DNA from: an uncultured Collinsella sp.
GTDB taxonomy: Bacteria > Actinomycetota > Coriobacteriia > Coriobacteriales > Coriobacteriaceae
Direction of reading: 5' to 3'
Assembly: GCA_928722055.1 (NCBI GenBank)
Contig: CAKMWN010000002.1
Span: 545,437 to 609,436, forward strand
Length of the DNA stretch: 64,000 nt
The position numbers were made by a program, and so were the translations under genes. This document shows, one piece after another, positions 8,793-17,900 of the stretch. Position 1 is the stretch's first letter. Every line of letters begins with the position of its first letter. The notes below the pieces were generated by a model. That model did not search any database, was not told the DNA's origin, and was given only the letters and a program-made list of their open reading frames with translations.

Positions 8793-9642
8793 ATTTGAGT
8801 TCAAGAAGGGCAAGATGGTCCCGTATCCTTCTGGCGCCATCGTTCCCGATCGCGACCTGGGCGAGCGCCCTGCACTCGAGTGCATCCACCTGGGCATTGA
8901 GTTCGGCGGCCTTAAGGCAGTCGACGACTTTAGCCTGACCATCGGCAAGACCGAGATCGCCGGTCTGATCGGTCCCAACGGCGCCGGCAAGACCACGGTC
9001 TTCAACCTGCTCACCAAGGTGTACCAGCCCACGCACGGCACCATCCTGCTCGACGGCGAGGACACCTCGGGCAAGTCGGTCTACCAGGTCAACCGCATGG
9101 GTATTGCCCGTACCTTCCAGAACATTCGCCTGTTCAACACCATGACGGTGGAGGATAACGTCAAGGTCGGCCTGCATAACCAGGAGCGTTACTCCGGCTT
9201 TGAGGGCGTGCTGCGCCTGCCGACGTATTGGAAGCACGAGAAGGCTGCCCACGAGCGCGCCATGGAGCTGCTGTCCATCTTTGATATGGAGCACCTGGCA
9301 AACGAGCAGGCCGGATCGCTGCCATACGGCGCTCAGCGTCGTCTGGAGATCGTCCGCGCGCTTGCCACCAACCCCAAGCTACTGCTGCTCGACGAGCCTG
9401 CCGCCGGCATGAACCCGTCCGAGACCGCGGAGCTCATGGAGAACATCGTCAAGATCCGCGACACCTTTGGCATTGCCATCATGCTTATCGAGCATGACAT
9501 GTCGCTCGTCATGAACATCTGCGAGGGCATCTGCGTGCTCAACTTTGGCAAGGTCATCGCCAAGGGCACGGCCGAGGAGATCCAGAACAACGACGCTGTT
9601 ATCGAGGCGTATCTGGGCAAGCAGGATAAGGGGGAGAACTAA
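8782..9642 (+). CDS. livG: Branched-chain amino acid ABC transporter ATP-binding protein
   Basis: Start ATG 8782 after GAAGGAGG. Walker A GPNGAGKTT, signature and Walker B LLLLDEPAAGMNP. Overlaps the livM end by 11 nt. Confidence 0.9.
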   Translation: MPSKFEFKKGKMVPYPSGAIVPDRDLGERPALECIHLGIEFGGLKAVDDFSLTIGKTEIAGLIGPNGAGKTTVFNLLTKVYQPTHGTILLDGEDTSGKSVYQVNRMGIARTFQNIRLFNTMTVEDNVKVGLHNQERYSGFEGVLRLPTYWKHEKAAHERAMELLSIFDMEHLANEQAGSLPYGAQRRLEIVRALATNPKLLLLDEPAAGMNPSETAELMENIVKIRDTFGIAIMLIEHDMSLVMNICEGICVLNFGKVIAKGTAEEIQNNDAVIEAYLGKQDKGEN

Positions 9643-10356
9643 ATGGCAGAGCCGATGCTTTCCGTCTACAACATCAACGTCTGGTACGGCGCCATCCACG
9701 CCATCAAGGACATCTCCTTTAACGTCAACGAGGGCGAGATCGTGGCCCTGATCGGCGCGAACGGCGCCGGCAAGTCCACGACGCTTAAGACCGTCTCGGG
9801 CCTGCTGCGTTCCAAGACCGGCTCCATCAAGTTTATGGGCGAGGACATTACCCATACGCCTGCCGATAAGCTGGTGGGCAAGGGCCTGGCCCAGGTGCCC
9901 GAGGGCCGTCGCGCCTTTTTGCAGATGACGGTCGAGGAGAACCTGGAGATGGGCGCCTACACGCAGCCCAAGTCCACGGTGGCTCCGGGCCTGGAGCGCG
10001 TCTACGAGCAGTTCCCGCGCCTGAAGGAGCGCCGTCGCCAGGTCGCCGGCACCCTTTCGGGCGGCGAGCAGCAGATGCTCGTTATGGGGCGCGCCCTTAT
10101 GAGCAACCCCAAGCTGCTCATGCTCGACGAGCCTTCCATGGGTCTGGCGCCGATTCTGATCGAGCAGATCTTCCAGATTGTCGAGGACCTGCACAAGGCC
10201 GGCACCACGGTGCTTCTGGTCGAGCAGAACGCCCAGATGGCGCTTTCAATCGCCACGCGCGGCTACGTGCTCGAGACCGGCAAGATCACCATGACCGGCA
10301 GCGGCCAAGAGCTGCTCCACGACGACAACGTCCGCAAAGCCTACCTGGGCGGCTAG
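9643..10356 (+). CDS. livF: Branched-chain amino acid ABC transporter ATP-binding protein
   Basis: 237 aa. Walker A GANGAGKST, LSGGEQQML signature, LLMLDEPSMGLAP. Confidence 0.9.
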   Translation: MAEPMLSVYNINVWYGAIHAIKDISFNVNEGEIVALIGANGAGKSTTLKTVSGLLRSKTGSIKFMGEDITHTPADKLVGKGLAQVPEGRRAFLQMTVEENLEMGAYTQPKSTVAPGLERVYEQFPRLKERRRQVAGTLSGGEQQMLVMGRALMSNPKLLMLDEPSMGLAPILIEQIFQIVEDLHKAGTTVLLVEQNAQMALSIATRGYVLETGKITMTGSGQELLHDDNVRKAYLGG

Positions 10357-10359
10357 ATA

Positions 10360-10387
10360 GTTACGCGGTTTTACCAAACCGCGTAAC
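10360..10387. other. Perfect 12-bp-stem hairpin with no T-tract
   Basis: gttacgcggttt-tacc-aaaccgcgtaac, immediately after the livF stop. No U-run on either strand, so it is not a canonical terminator. Confidence 0.4.
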
Positions 10388-10432
10388 GGCTCGACGCTGC
10401 GCGAGCGCCAGAGCGACAACTTGTCATTCAAA

Positions 10433-10470
10433 GAGGGCGGCATGACCAGAAGGTCAATGCCGCCTCGTTT
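10433..10470 (+). terminator. Probable terminator of the liv operon
   Basis: ggcggcatgacc-agaa-ggtcaatgccgcc hairpin (one bulge) followed by TCGTTTC. Confidence 0.45.
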
Positions 10471-10532
10471 CAAGGCACCTTGCTCGCTCTGGCGGGCTTT
10501 CGCTGTCGTTGCCAAAACATCGACGTTGGGGG

Positions 10533-10588
10533 TAGTCGTTGGGGACGTTCTTGAATGACTAGTCGTTTAAGAACGTCCCCAACGACTA
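10533..10588. repeat. 56-bp near-perfect palindrome made of two head-to-head 27-nt hairpin units (U1, U2) with the GGGGACGTTCTT loop motif
   Basis: U1 at 10534-10560 is agtcgtt|ggggacgttcttg|aatgact. U2 at 10561-10587, read on the minus strand, is agtcgtt|ggggacgttctta|aacgact. There are two mismatches between the arms. Confidence 0.85.
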
Positions 10589-10664
10589 GGTCAAAAGGCT
10601 CCGAGTGCGGCGTGCTCACGCCCGTCGTGGTGTGCCCGAAGGGGGATGGCTGCTACGAGCTCGA

Positions 10665-10928
10665 TCATTTGCGAGTAGAAGACGAACCAGCCGTTGCAGA
10701 TCCAATATGGATCTCGCCAACCTCGGCAAGCTGCTCGATGAGTGGAAGCCCTGTCGGGTCGTCCATTTCAACACCACCCAGAATGATGGTGTCATCGCGC
10801 AGGTCGATCTGCGTGTTGAACACAGCGAGGTTAAAGCCGGAGGCCACAAATCCGATAGCAGCCAGGACGAGCCCCGTGGCAACAAGCCCACCCGCTACGG
10901 CAAGGTAAATCTTTTTTACGCTGGACAT
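10665..10928 (-). CDS. Small membrane-anchored protein; looks like only the N-terminal part of a DUF4097-type protein (probably truncated)
   Basis: 87-aa ORF with a GGAAGGAG SD. The N-terminal TM segment KKIYLAVAGGLVATGLVLAAIGFVASGFN resembles the start of the DUF4097 proteins that usually follow PadR-DUF1700. Those proteins are normally much longer, and no continuation exists in any frame. Confidence 0.4.
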   Translation of the reverse strand: MSSVKKIYLAVAGGLVATGLVLAAIGFVASGFNLAVFNTQIDLRDDTIILGGVEMDDPTGLPLIEQLAEVGEIHIGSATAGSSSTRK

Positions 10929-10942
10929 GTTTGCACTCCTTC

Positions 10943-11575
10943 CTATGCCGTGAGCGGCGCCGCTTCAGCGCCCATGCGGCTCTTATTGCCTCGATCTTTC
11001 CAGAAGGGCGAAACGGCTTTCTTCGCCCAAAGGGCAGAGAGGCGCGCGATCTGCTTGGACGCCGTCCAGGCGCCTGCTCCCGTGAGGAGCGCCACACCGA
11101 TGGAAGCGAATCCCATTCCCATCGAGGCCAAAACGTACGGAACATGCCCGATAATGATGCCGTCCACGGCGAACAGGAGCCCTACCAGGCCCGCGCCCCC
11201 GAATGCCGCGGCCACGATCCACACGCAGAGCGCAAGAACCCAAATACAGATGTAGACTGCAGCGGCAACGGCGACGAACGCGAGCAGCAGCGGAATCCAT
11301 ACCGGAGAGCCCACGATGGCGAGCGCCCATAGAAGTGCCGTGCTCTTGCGCTTGGTCCTCGCGATCGCGCGCGGCACGGCGGGCAGTTCGTCGAGCGTTG
11401 CCTCGGCGACCTCACCGGGCGTGCCCATGGCGGCCACAGCCTCGGCCTCCGTCATGCCGTCCTCCATACGGTCGGCGATGGCCTCCGCGTAGAACTCCTG
11501 CGTTTCCTTTACCTGATCTGCCGGCAGGCAGGCCAGAAGCTCGCCCAGCCGGTTCAAGAACTCATCGCGCGTCAT
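10943..11575 (-). CDS. DUF1700-type membrane protein (PadR-associated)
   Basis: 210 aa. The N-terminus MTRDEFLNRLGELLACLPADQVKETQEFYAEAI is typical of DUF1700, and the C-terminal half is multi-TM. Overlaps the padR stop by 14 nt. Confidence 0.7.
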   Translation of the reverse strand: MTRDEFLNRLGELLACLPADQVKETQEFYAEAIADRMEDGMTEAEAVAAMGTPGEVAEATLDELPAVPRAIARTKRKSTALLWALAIVGSPVWIPLLLAFVAVAAAVYICIWVLALCVWIVAAAFGGAGLVGLLFAVDGIIIGHVPYVLASMGMGFASIGVALLTGAGAWTASKQIARLSALWAKKAVSPFWKDRGNKSRMGAEAAPLTA

Positions 11576-11882
11576 GGTGCGCCCCCTCCACGTAACGGTA
11601 GATCTCCTGCACGGATGGCCATTCGGCGAGGAACTCGGCGATACGCTCGCGCCCGGCGTCCGTGATGCGGTAGTACCTCCGCAGCCGCCCGTTGTGTTCG
11701 GCGGAGCGCGCGGTGATGCAGCCCGCCTTCTCCAGGCGCTTGAGCAACGGATAGAGCGTGGATTCCGTGAGTCCCATACTCGCGGGCACGTCCTTCACGA
11801 TCTGATAGCCGTAGGATTCCTCGCCCGAGACGGCCGCGAGCACGCAGGCCTCGAGGAAGCCGCGCTTCATCTGTGCCTCCAT
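11562..11882 (-). CDS. PadR family transcriptional regulator
   Basis: Start at MEAQMKRGFLEACVLAAV after AAAGGAGG. Winged-helix PadR signature (GYQI...TLYPLLKRLEKAG...RRYYRIT). Confidence 0.85.
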   Translation of the reverse strand: MEAQMKRGFLEACVLAAVSGEESYGYQIVKDVPASMGLTESTLYPLLKRLEKAGCITARSAEHNGRLRRYYRITDAGRERIAEFLAEWPSVQEIYRYVEGAHHDAR

Positions 11883-11903
11883 CCGCACACCTCCTTTCGT
11901 AGT

Positions 11904-11948
11904 ATACTGTGTAACACCTACTATATGACACATAGTATATGATGTCAA
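11904..11948 (-). promoter_or_regulatory. padR promoter with an overlapping inverted repeat (candidate PadR operator)
   Basis: The minus strand reads TTGACA (11948-11943), 17 nt, TATAGT (11925-11920). The imperfect inverted repeat ATACTATGTGT / ACACAGTAT (11928-11938 and 11904-11912) spans the spacer and the region downstream of the -10. Confidence 0.55.
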
Positions 11949-11987
11949 CAGTTGTCGTATAGGGAGTCTGGTCTGTCTGTCCCCTGC

Positions 11988-12085
11988 GGGTACTCATTGG
12001 GGACGTACTTAAATGAGTGCCCATCGCTCAAGGTGGCACCTGGGGACGTTCCTTATGTGCCGGCACTTTGGGACACTCCTTGTCA
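11988..12085 (+). repeat. Three further copies (U3, U4, degenerate U5) of the GGGGACGTNCTT-loop hairpin, in the padR/cutC intergenic region
   Basis: U3 at 11992-12018 is actcatt|ggggacgtactta|aatgagt, with a stem extendable to 11988-12022. U4 at 12035-12061 is ggcacct|ggggacgttcctt|atgtgcc. U5 at ~12068-12080 is tgggacactcctt with no clear stem. Confidence 0.8.
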
Positions 12086-12166
12086 AGGTTTTGTTCCATC
12101 GTGCGGGTTGCTATTTAACGTGCGACAATGCCGTGTGGAAATAGAAATGTCTTCTGGGGGCTATCT

Positions 12167-12844
12167 ATGCTGTACGAATTTTGCGCCGAGAACTTTGAGC
12201 GAGTGCCGGCGGCCATCGAGGCTGGTGCGGGGCGCATTGAGCTGTGTGACAACCTTGCCGTCGGTGGCACCACGCCTTCCGCCGGCGTTATTAGCGCTAC
12301 AGTCAGTTACGCTCACGAGCATGACGCGCGAGTGATGTGCATGATTCGTCCGCGTGGTGGCGACTTTCATTACAACCAGGACGAGCTGCGCATGATGGAG
12401 ATGGACCTGGGCCTTGCTGTGAGTGCCGGCGTTGACGGCCTGGTCTTTGGCTGCTGCAAGCCCTGTGCCAGCGGCTGGGCGCTCGACGAGCTCACCCTCG
12501 GCGCCCTCGTTATGGCTACGGGCTGCGCGACGGAGGAGTGCAAGCGCGAGCCCCTTGACATCACCTTCCACATGGCATTTGACCAGCTCTCGCCCGAGGT
12601 TCAGCTCGATGCGATTGATACACTTGCCGACTGCGGCGTTACGCGCATCCTCACACATGGCGGTGCGGCCGGTACGTCGATCGAGGATAATTTCGATCAC
12701 CTGGCTCGTTTAATCGAGTATGCGGGCGATCGCTTGACCATCCTTCCCGGCGGCGGCATCACTACGGCAAATCGCGACGCGGTCGTGGCGGCGCTAGGCG
12801 TCTCCGAGCTCCATGGCACCAAGATCGTGCCGCTGGGGGTATAA
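12167..12844 (+). CDS. cutC: CutC family (copper homeostasis) TIM-barrel protein
   Basis: Start at MLYEFCAENFERVPAAIEAGAGRIELCDNLAVGGTTPS, a typical CutC N-terminus. Also HMAFD and GGGI motifs. Confidence 0.8.
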   Translation: MLYEFCAENFERVPAAIEAGAGRIELCDNLAVGGTTPSAGVISATVSYAHEHDARVMCMIRPRGGDFHYNQDELRMMEMDLGLAVSAGVDGLVFGCCKPCASGWALDELTLGALVMATGCATEECKREPLDITFHMAFDQLSPEVQLDAIDTLADCGVTRILTHGGAAGTSIEDNFDHLARLIEYAGDRLTILPGGGITTANRDAVVAALGVSELHGTKIVPLGV

Positions 12845-12847
12845 CCC

Positions 12848-13681
12848 GTGGCGCTGGTATTTGACGTCCAGCAGGCGAGCGGCAAGCCCGACGATAATCG
12901 TCACCCTGGCACCGCGTGCCCCTTTTGCGACACGGAGGGGCTCGCCAACATCATCCAGCGCGATGGTGACTGCATCTGGCTCGAGAATAAGTTCAAGACC
13001 TTGCGGGCCACCCGTCAGACCGTATTGATCGAGTCGGCCAATCACGACGCCGACCTGGCGACCTATGAACCAGATGAGCTGCATCATGTGATGCGGTTTG
13101 CCCTGGGCTGTTGGCAGCAGATGATCGATTCCCAACAGTACCGCAGTGTGCTCATGTACAAGAACAAAGGCCCGCTTTCGGGCGGCAGTCTCGTCCATCC
13201 ACACATGCAGATTGTGGGCTTGGAACAGGAGGACGGCTATGCGGCGCTGACTTCCGCCAATTTCGAAGGCGTCAATGTCTGGCAACAGGGGAGAGTCTCG
13301 GTCAACATCTCAACCGAACCGATCATGGGGTTCTTTGAGGTCAATGTTTCAGTCCCACAGGGAATCGCCGCCAGCGACGACGCCCGCGACCAAGCCGAAG
13401 CGGACCTGTTTGCCGATGCGATTCAGGTGGCCCTGCGCTATATCCTGCACGAACACCACGGCGGTCGCGCGGAGTCGTACAACTTGTTCTTCTACCACAT
13501 GGACGGCCGGACCATTGCCAAGGCGTTGCCGCGTTGGGTGGTATCGCCCTACTTCGTGGGCTATCGTCTGGCCCAGGTCAATGCCGAGACCACGCTCGAT
13601 GTCGATGCTGAGCGCCTACGCGCGCATCTGGAAACGCTCGCATCGCAAGGCGAGCGCCTTCGCACACTGCGGACGGCCTAG
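12848..13681 (+). CDS. GalT-like HIT-superfamily protein (DUF4931-like)
   Basis: GTG start 3 nt after the cutC stop. CPFC zinc-knuckle-like motif near the N-terminus and HPHMQI (HxHxQ, as in galactose-1-phosphate uridylyltransferase). Confidence 0.65.
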   Translation: MALVFDVQQASGKPDDNRHPGTACPFCDTEGLANIIQRDGDCIWLENKFKTLRATRQTVLIESANHDADLATYEPDELHHVMRFALGCWQQMIDSQQYRSVLMYKNKGPLSGGSLVHPHMQIVGLEQEDGYAALTSANFEGVNVWQQGRVSVNISTEPIMGFFEVNVSVPQGIAASDDARDQAEADLFADAIQVALRYILHEHHGGRAESYNLFFYHMDGRTIAKALPRWVVSPYFVGYRLAQVNAETTLDVDAERLRAHLETLASQGERLRTLRTA

Positions 13682-14676
13682 CGCGCCATCGCGTCGCGCC
13701 CGGCCTCGACCCGCTTGCGCTGGGCGGCGCGCTCCTCGCCGGTCAGGCGCTCAAAGAGGTGCCCGATAAGCGAGGCCAGCACCTGCTGAAACAGCGTTCC
13801 GCACATGACGGGAAACACGACTTCGCCTGGAAAGTACTGCGTGGCGATGACGGCGCCCGAAGAGATGTTACGCATGCCGCAGGTAAAGCACATGGTAGTC
13901 GTCTCGCTATATGGCAGATGCAGCGCGCGGGCGACCAGAATGCCGACGACAAAGCCGCTGATGGCGAAGGTCAAAATAAAGAGGGCGACTTCCAGGCGCA
14001 CCGCATTCATGTGCAGCACGTACTCGCTCATGGCGGTGGAGTTGGAGGCGATGACACCCATCATCATGAACTTACAGGCGGGCGAAAGCGCGGGGGAGAG
14101 TTTCTCGTGTCCCCATCCGCGCGTGAACTCGTTGATCACGATGCCGAGCACGGCGGGGATGGCGATCATAAAGGCCATGTTCTGCATCATGCCCGGAACA
14201 TCGATTGCAACGGTGGCACCCAGCAGGAGCTTAAGCGTGAGCGGAATCGTGACGGGCGAGATGACCGAGGACGTCAGGATGATGGTGAGCGCGAGCGGGC
14301 CGTTGCCGCCGAACATGCTGATCCACATAAAGGCGGTGACTGCCACGGGTACGCTGTACTCGAGCACGATGCCGCAGACAAGGTTTGGGTTGGAACCAAA
14401 GAACAACGATCCTGCGGCATAGGCTGCAAGGGGGATGAGCGCCGCCGAGACGAGCAATGCCGCAATCAGATGCAGCGGACGGCGGAACACCTCAGTAACC
14501 TGATGGAAAGTGTTGCTGAGCGCACCTTGGAACGTCATAAAGGCAAACAGGGCGGGAACGATTGGCTTGAGCACGCCGATCTGCTGGGGAAAGAGCACGC
14601 CGAGCGTAACGCAAATCGGAACGATGACCTGCATGTACCCCGCGAGAAACTTACCCAGTCCAACCCATTGCTTCAT
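13678..14676 (-). CDS. Bile acid:sodium symporter (BASS) family transporter
   Basis: 332-aa multi-TM ORF with composition and motifs recalling the BASS/ACR3 fold families (memory only). Convergent with 12848-13681, with a 4-nt overlap. Confidence 0.65.
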   Translation of the reverse strand: MKQWVGLGKFLAGYMQVIVPICVTLGVLFPQQIGVLKPIVPALFAFMTFQGALSNTFHQVTEVFRRPLHLIAALLVSAALIPLAAYAAGSLFFGSNPNLVCGIVLEYSVPVAVTAFMWISMFGGNGPLALTIILTSSVISPVTIPLTLKLLLGATVAIDVPGMMQNMAFMIAIPAVLGIVINEFTRGWGHEKLSPALSPACKFMMMGVIASNSTAMSEYVLHMNAVRLEVALFILTFAISGFVVGILVARALHLPYSETTTMCFTCGMRNISSGAVIATQYFPGEVVFPVMCGTLFQQVLASLIGHLFERLTGEERAAQRKRVEAGRDAMAR

Positions 14677-14954
14677 ATGCTCTTGTGACTCCCTTTGCTC
14701 GTGAATCCGTTTTGAATGGATATGCTAGACGCTCGCATGCGTCCGTGTGTCAGAAACGCTCGAATATTTCGAGGCTATTACCGGCATCGTTTACCGAAAC
14801 CGCGGCGTGCCGCGAGCGATTCTGCGTCCGCGCCGCACGGTATAATAAATCCGTTCAACAGATCTGCCTGCCGAAGCGGGCATACACAGAGGACTCATCG
14901 CTATGAACCGTGAGAGGTATCGCGGCGACCTGCCCCTATCGGGGGTGGGCGCCT

Positions 14955-17900
14955 ATGTCATCGCTTAAGACGACGCATCGCTGGGCGGTCGCTCGGCAAA
15001 ACCCCGAGCTCGAAAAGGAGCTTTCGGCTGGCCTGGGCATACCCGGGCTGGTGGCGCGCATTATGGTCGCGCACGGCATTGCATCCATCGAGGAAGGCCA
15101 GCTGTTTTTGACGCCTTCGCTCGATCGCGACTGGGCCGACCCGCTCGTTATTCCGGGCATGGCGGTCGTCGCCGACCGCGTCGAGCGTGCTATTCGCAGC
15201 CACGAGCGCATCGCCGTCTTTGGCGATTTTGACGTCGACGGCATTACGTCGACCTGCCTGTTGACCGAGGCGCTGCGCACGTTTGGCGCCGACGTCACGC
15301 CGTTTATTCCGCATCGCTTTGATGAGGGCTACGGTCTTTCGCGCGCGGCGCTCGACCGCGTTAACGAGCTCGCTCGCCCCCAGCTGATCGTGACCGTCGA
15401 TAACGGCATTGCCGCCAAGGAAGAGGTTTCCTATCTGGAGAGCCTGGGGATCGATTTGGTGGTCACGGACCATCACGAGCCCTCCGACCAGGTGCCGCAG
15501 GGCGTGCCCCTGACCGACCCCAAGCTCGAGGACGAGGGCCCCTCGCGCGAGCTTGCCGGTGCCGGCGTGGCGCTCAAGCTGGTGCAAGTCCTGGGCGAGC
15601 GTCTGGGCAAGCCGTCGTATTGGCGTTCGCTGATCGAGGTCGCGGCGCTGGGCACCGTGTCCGACATGATGCCGCTCACGCCCGAGAATCGCGCACTGGT
15701 CGCCGAGGGCATCCAGCAGATGCGCGTGACCGCCCGTCCCGGGCTATATCGCGCTTGCCGCGCTCGCCAAGGCGGACCTTTCGAGCATTACGGCGGATGG
15801 CCTGTCATTCTCGCTCATTCCCCGCTTAAACGCTGCCGGTCGCATGGCTGATCCCAAGCTGGCGCTCGACCTGCTGCTTGCCCGCGATCCCATCGAAGCA
15901 AGCGCACTGGCGGCTGAGCTCGAGGAAATCAACCGCCAGCGCCGTGAGATCGAGGCGGAGCTCACGCGCGATGCCATGGCAAAGGTCGAGGAGACCTATG
16001 ACGGCGGACGCGCGATCGTCGTGGGCGGCGAAGGTTGGCACGAGGGCGTCAAGGGCATCGTGGCAAGCCGTCTGACCAACCGCTACCACGTGCCGGCGCT
16101 GCTGTTCTCGATCGAGGACGGTATCGCGCGCGGCTCTGGTCGCTCGGTGGGCAAAGTTAACCTGTTTGACGCCATCGAACGCTGTTCCGACCTGATGATT
16201 CGTCGCGGCGGACATGCCGGTGCGGTGGGTGTGACCATCGAGGCATCCAAGCTCGATGAGTTCCGCCGTCGCCTTTCCGTCGTGCTGTCCGAGCTTCCCG
16301 CCGAGGACTTTGAGGACACCGACGAGGTTGCCGCCACGGTCGACCTTTCCGAATTGAATATCGAGACCATCGAGCAGATTTCCCGCCTTGAGCCGTTTGG
16401 CCAGGGTAATAAGGTGCCGCTGCTGGCTGCCGAGGGCGTGACGATGTGTGATCGCGCCGTGGTGGGTAAGACCGGCGAGCACATGCGCTTTGTGGCGACC
16501 GATGGCGCCGCGAGTGTGCCGGCCATCATGTTCCGCGTGCCGCAAATCGATAAGCTCATCAACTGCGATAGCGCTGTCGACTTGGTGTTCGAGGCCGTTG
16601 CCGAGCATTGGCAGGGTCGTGTGAAGCCCAAGCTCATGGTCAAGGATGTTCTGGTCCGCGATACCACGCTGCCCAGCGTCGACGATCCGGCATGCGAGCT
16701 TCGTCGTGGCGTGCAGCCGGCGGATTCCGGCCTGCGCCTGGAGTCGCGCAAGCGCGAGACGCTCGCCCAGCTTTCCTATACCGAGCTCACGCGCTCGCTT
16801 ATCCATAGCTTTATCGGCTCGAACCAGCCACATCGCGCGCAGGTCGAGGCGCTCGACGCCCTGGCCGATCACCAGAGTGTTCTGGCCGTTATGGGAACGG
16901 GGCGCGGCAAGTCGCTCATCTTCCATGTGCATGCCGCGCGTGAGGCGGTGCTTCGCGGACGTGCGAGCATCTTTGTCTATCCGCTGCGTGCGCTCGTTGC
17001 CGACCAGGCCTATCACCTCTCGTCGACGATGGCAGCGCTCGGTATTGGCGTTGGCGTGCTGACCGGCGAGACCGTGGAGGCCGCACGCGATGACGTGTTC
17101 GCCGGCCTAGCTTCGGGCCGCACCGGTATCGTGCTCACGACGCCCGAGTTCCTGTCTATCCACCGTGACCGCTTCGCGCGTTCGGGCCGCATCGGCTTTG
17201 TCGTTATCGACGAGGCGCACCACGCCGGCCTTGCCAAGGGCGGCGACCGCAGCGCCTATCTCGACATGCCCGATATCCTCAAAGCCCTGGGCGACCCGGT
17301 CGTTATGGCTGCGACGGCCACCGCGACGGCTCCGGTCGTGGCCGAGCTTGCCCGCATGCTGCCGATCACTCGCACGGTGGTCGACGAGACGGTGCGCGAG
17401 AACCTGCGGCTCGAGGACGACCGTGATCTTGCAAGTCGCGAGAACCGTTTGGTGTCGATTGTGGCGACGGGGGAAAAGACCGTCATCTACGTCAATTCGC
17501 GCGACCAGTCCGTGGCGCTCGCCAAGACGTTGCGCAAGCGTGTGCCCGATTGCGCAACCCATATCGCGTTCTATAACGCGGGGCTTGCGCGTTCCGATCG
17601 CCGTCGCGTGGAGGAAGCATTCCGAGACGGAAGCCTCAGCTGCATCGTCTCGACCTCTGCCTTTGGCGAGGGCGTCAACCTTCCCGATATTCGCCATGTC
17701 GTGCTCTATCACATGCCGTTTGGCGCGCATTGAGTTTAACCAGATGAGCGGCCGTGCCGGTCGCGATGGCCAGCCCGCCGTGATCCATCTGCTCTATTCG
17801 TCGCGCGACGCCCGCATTAACGAGCGCCTACTCGACTGCTATGCGCCCGAGCGCGACGAGCTCGTCACGCTCTATCGCGCGCTGCAGACCATGTGGCGCT

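Noticed and set aside
6798-9074. 758-aa minus-strand ORF across livH-livM-livG
   Set aside because: Same high-GC antisense artefact. The plus-strand genes have canonical permease and ATPase motifs and proper SD sequences.
10555-11415. Multiple overlapping alternative-frame ORFs (e.g. 10605-11255 on the plus strand, 10831-11145 on the minus strand) around the DUF1700 gene
   Set aside because: They compete with a coherent padR-DUF1700-small protein operon whose genes have SD sequences and overlapping stop/start codons. The alternative frames give Arg/Pro-rich translations.
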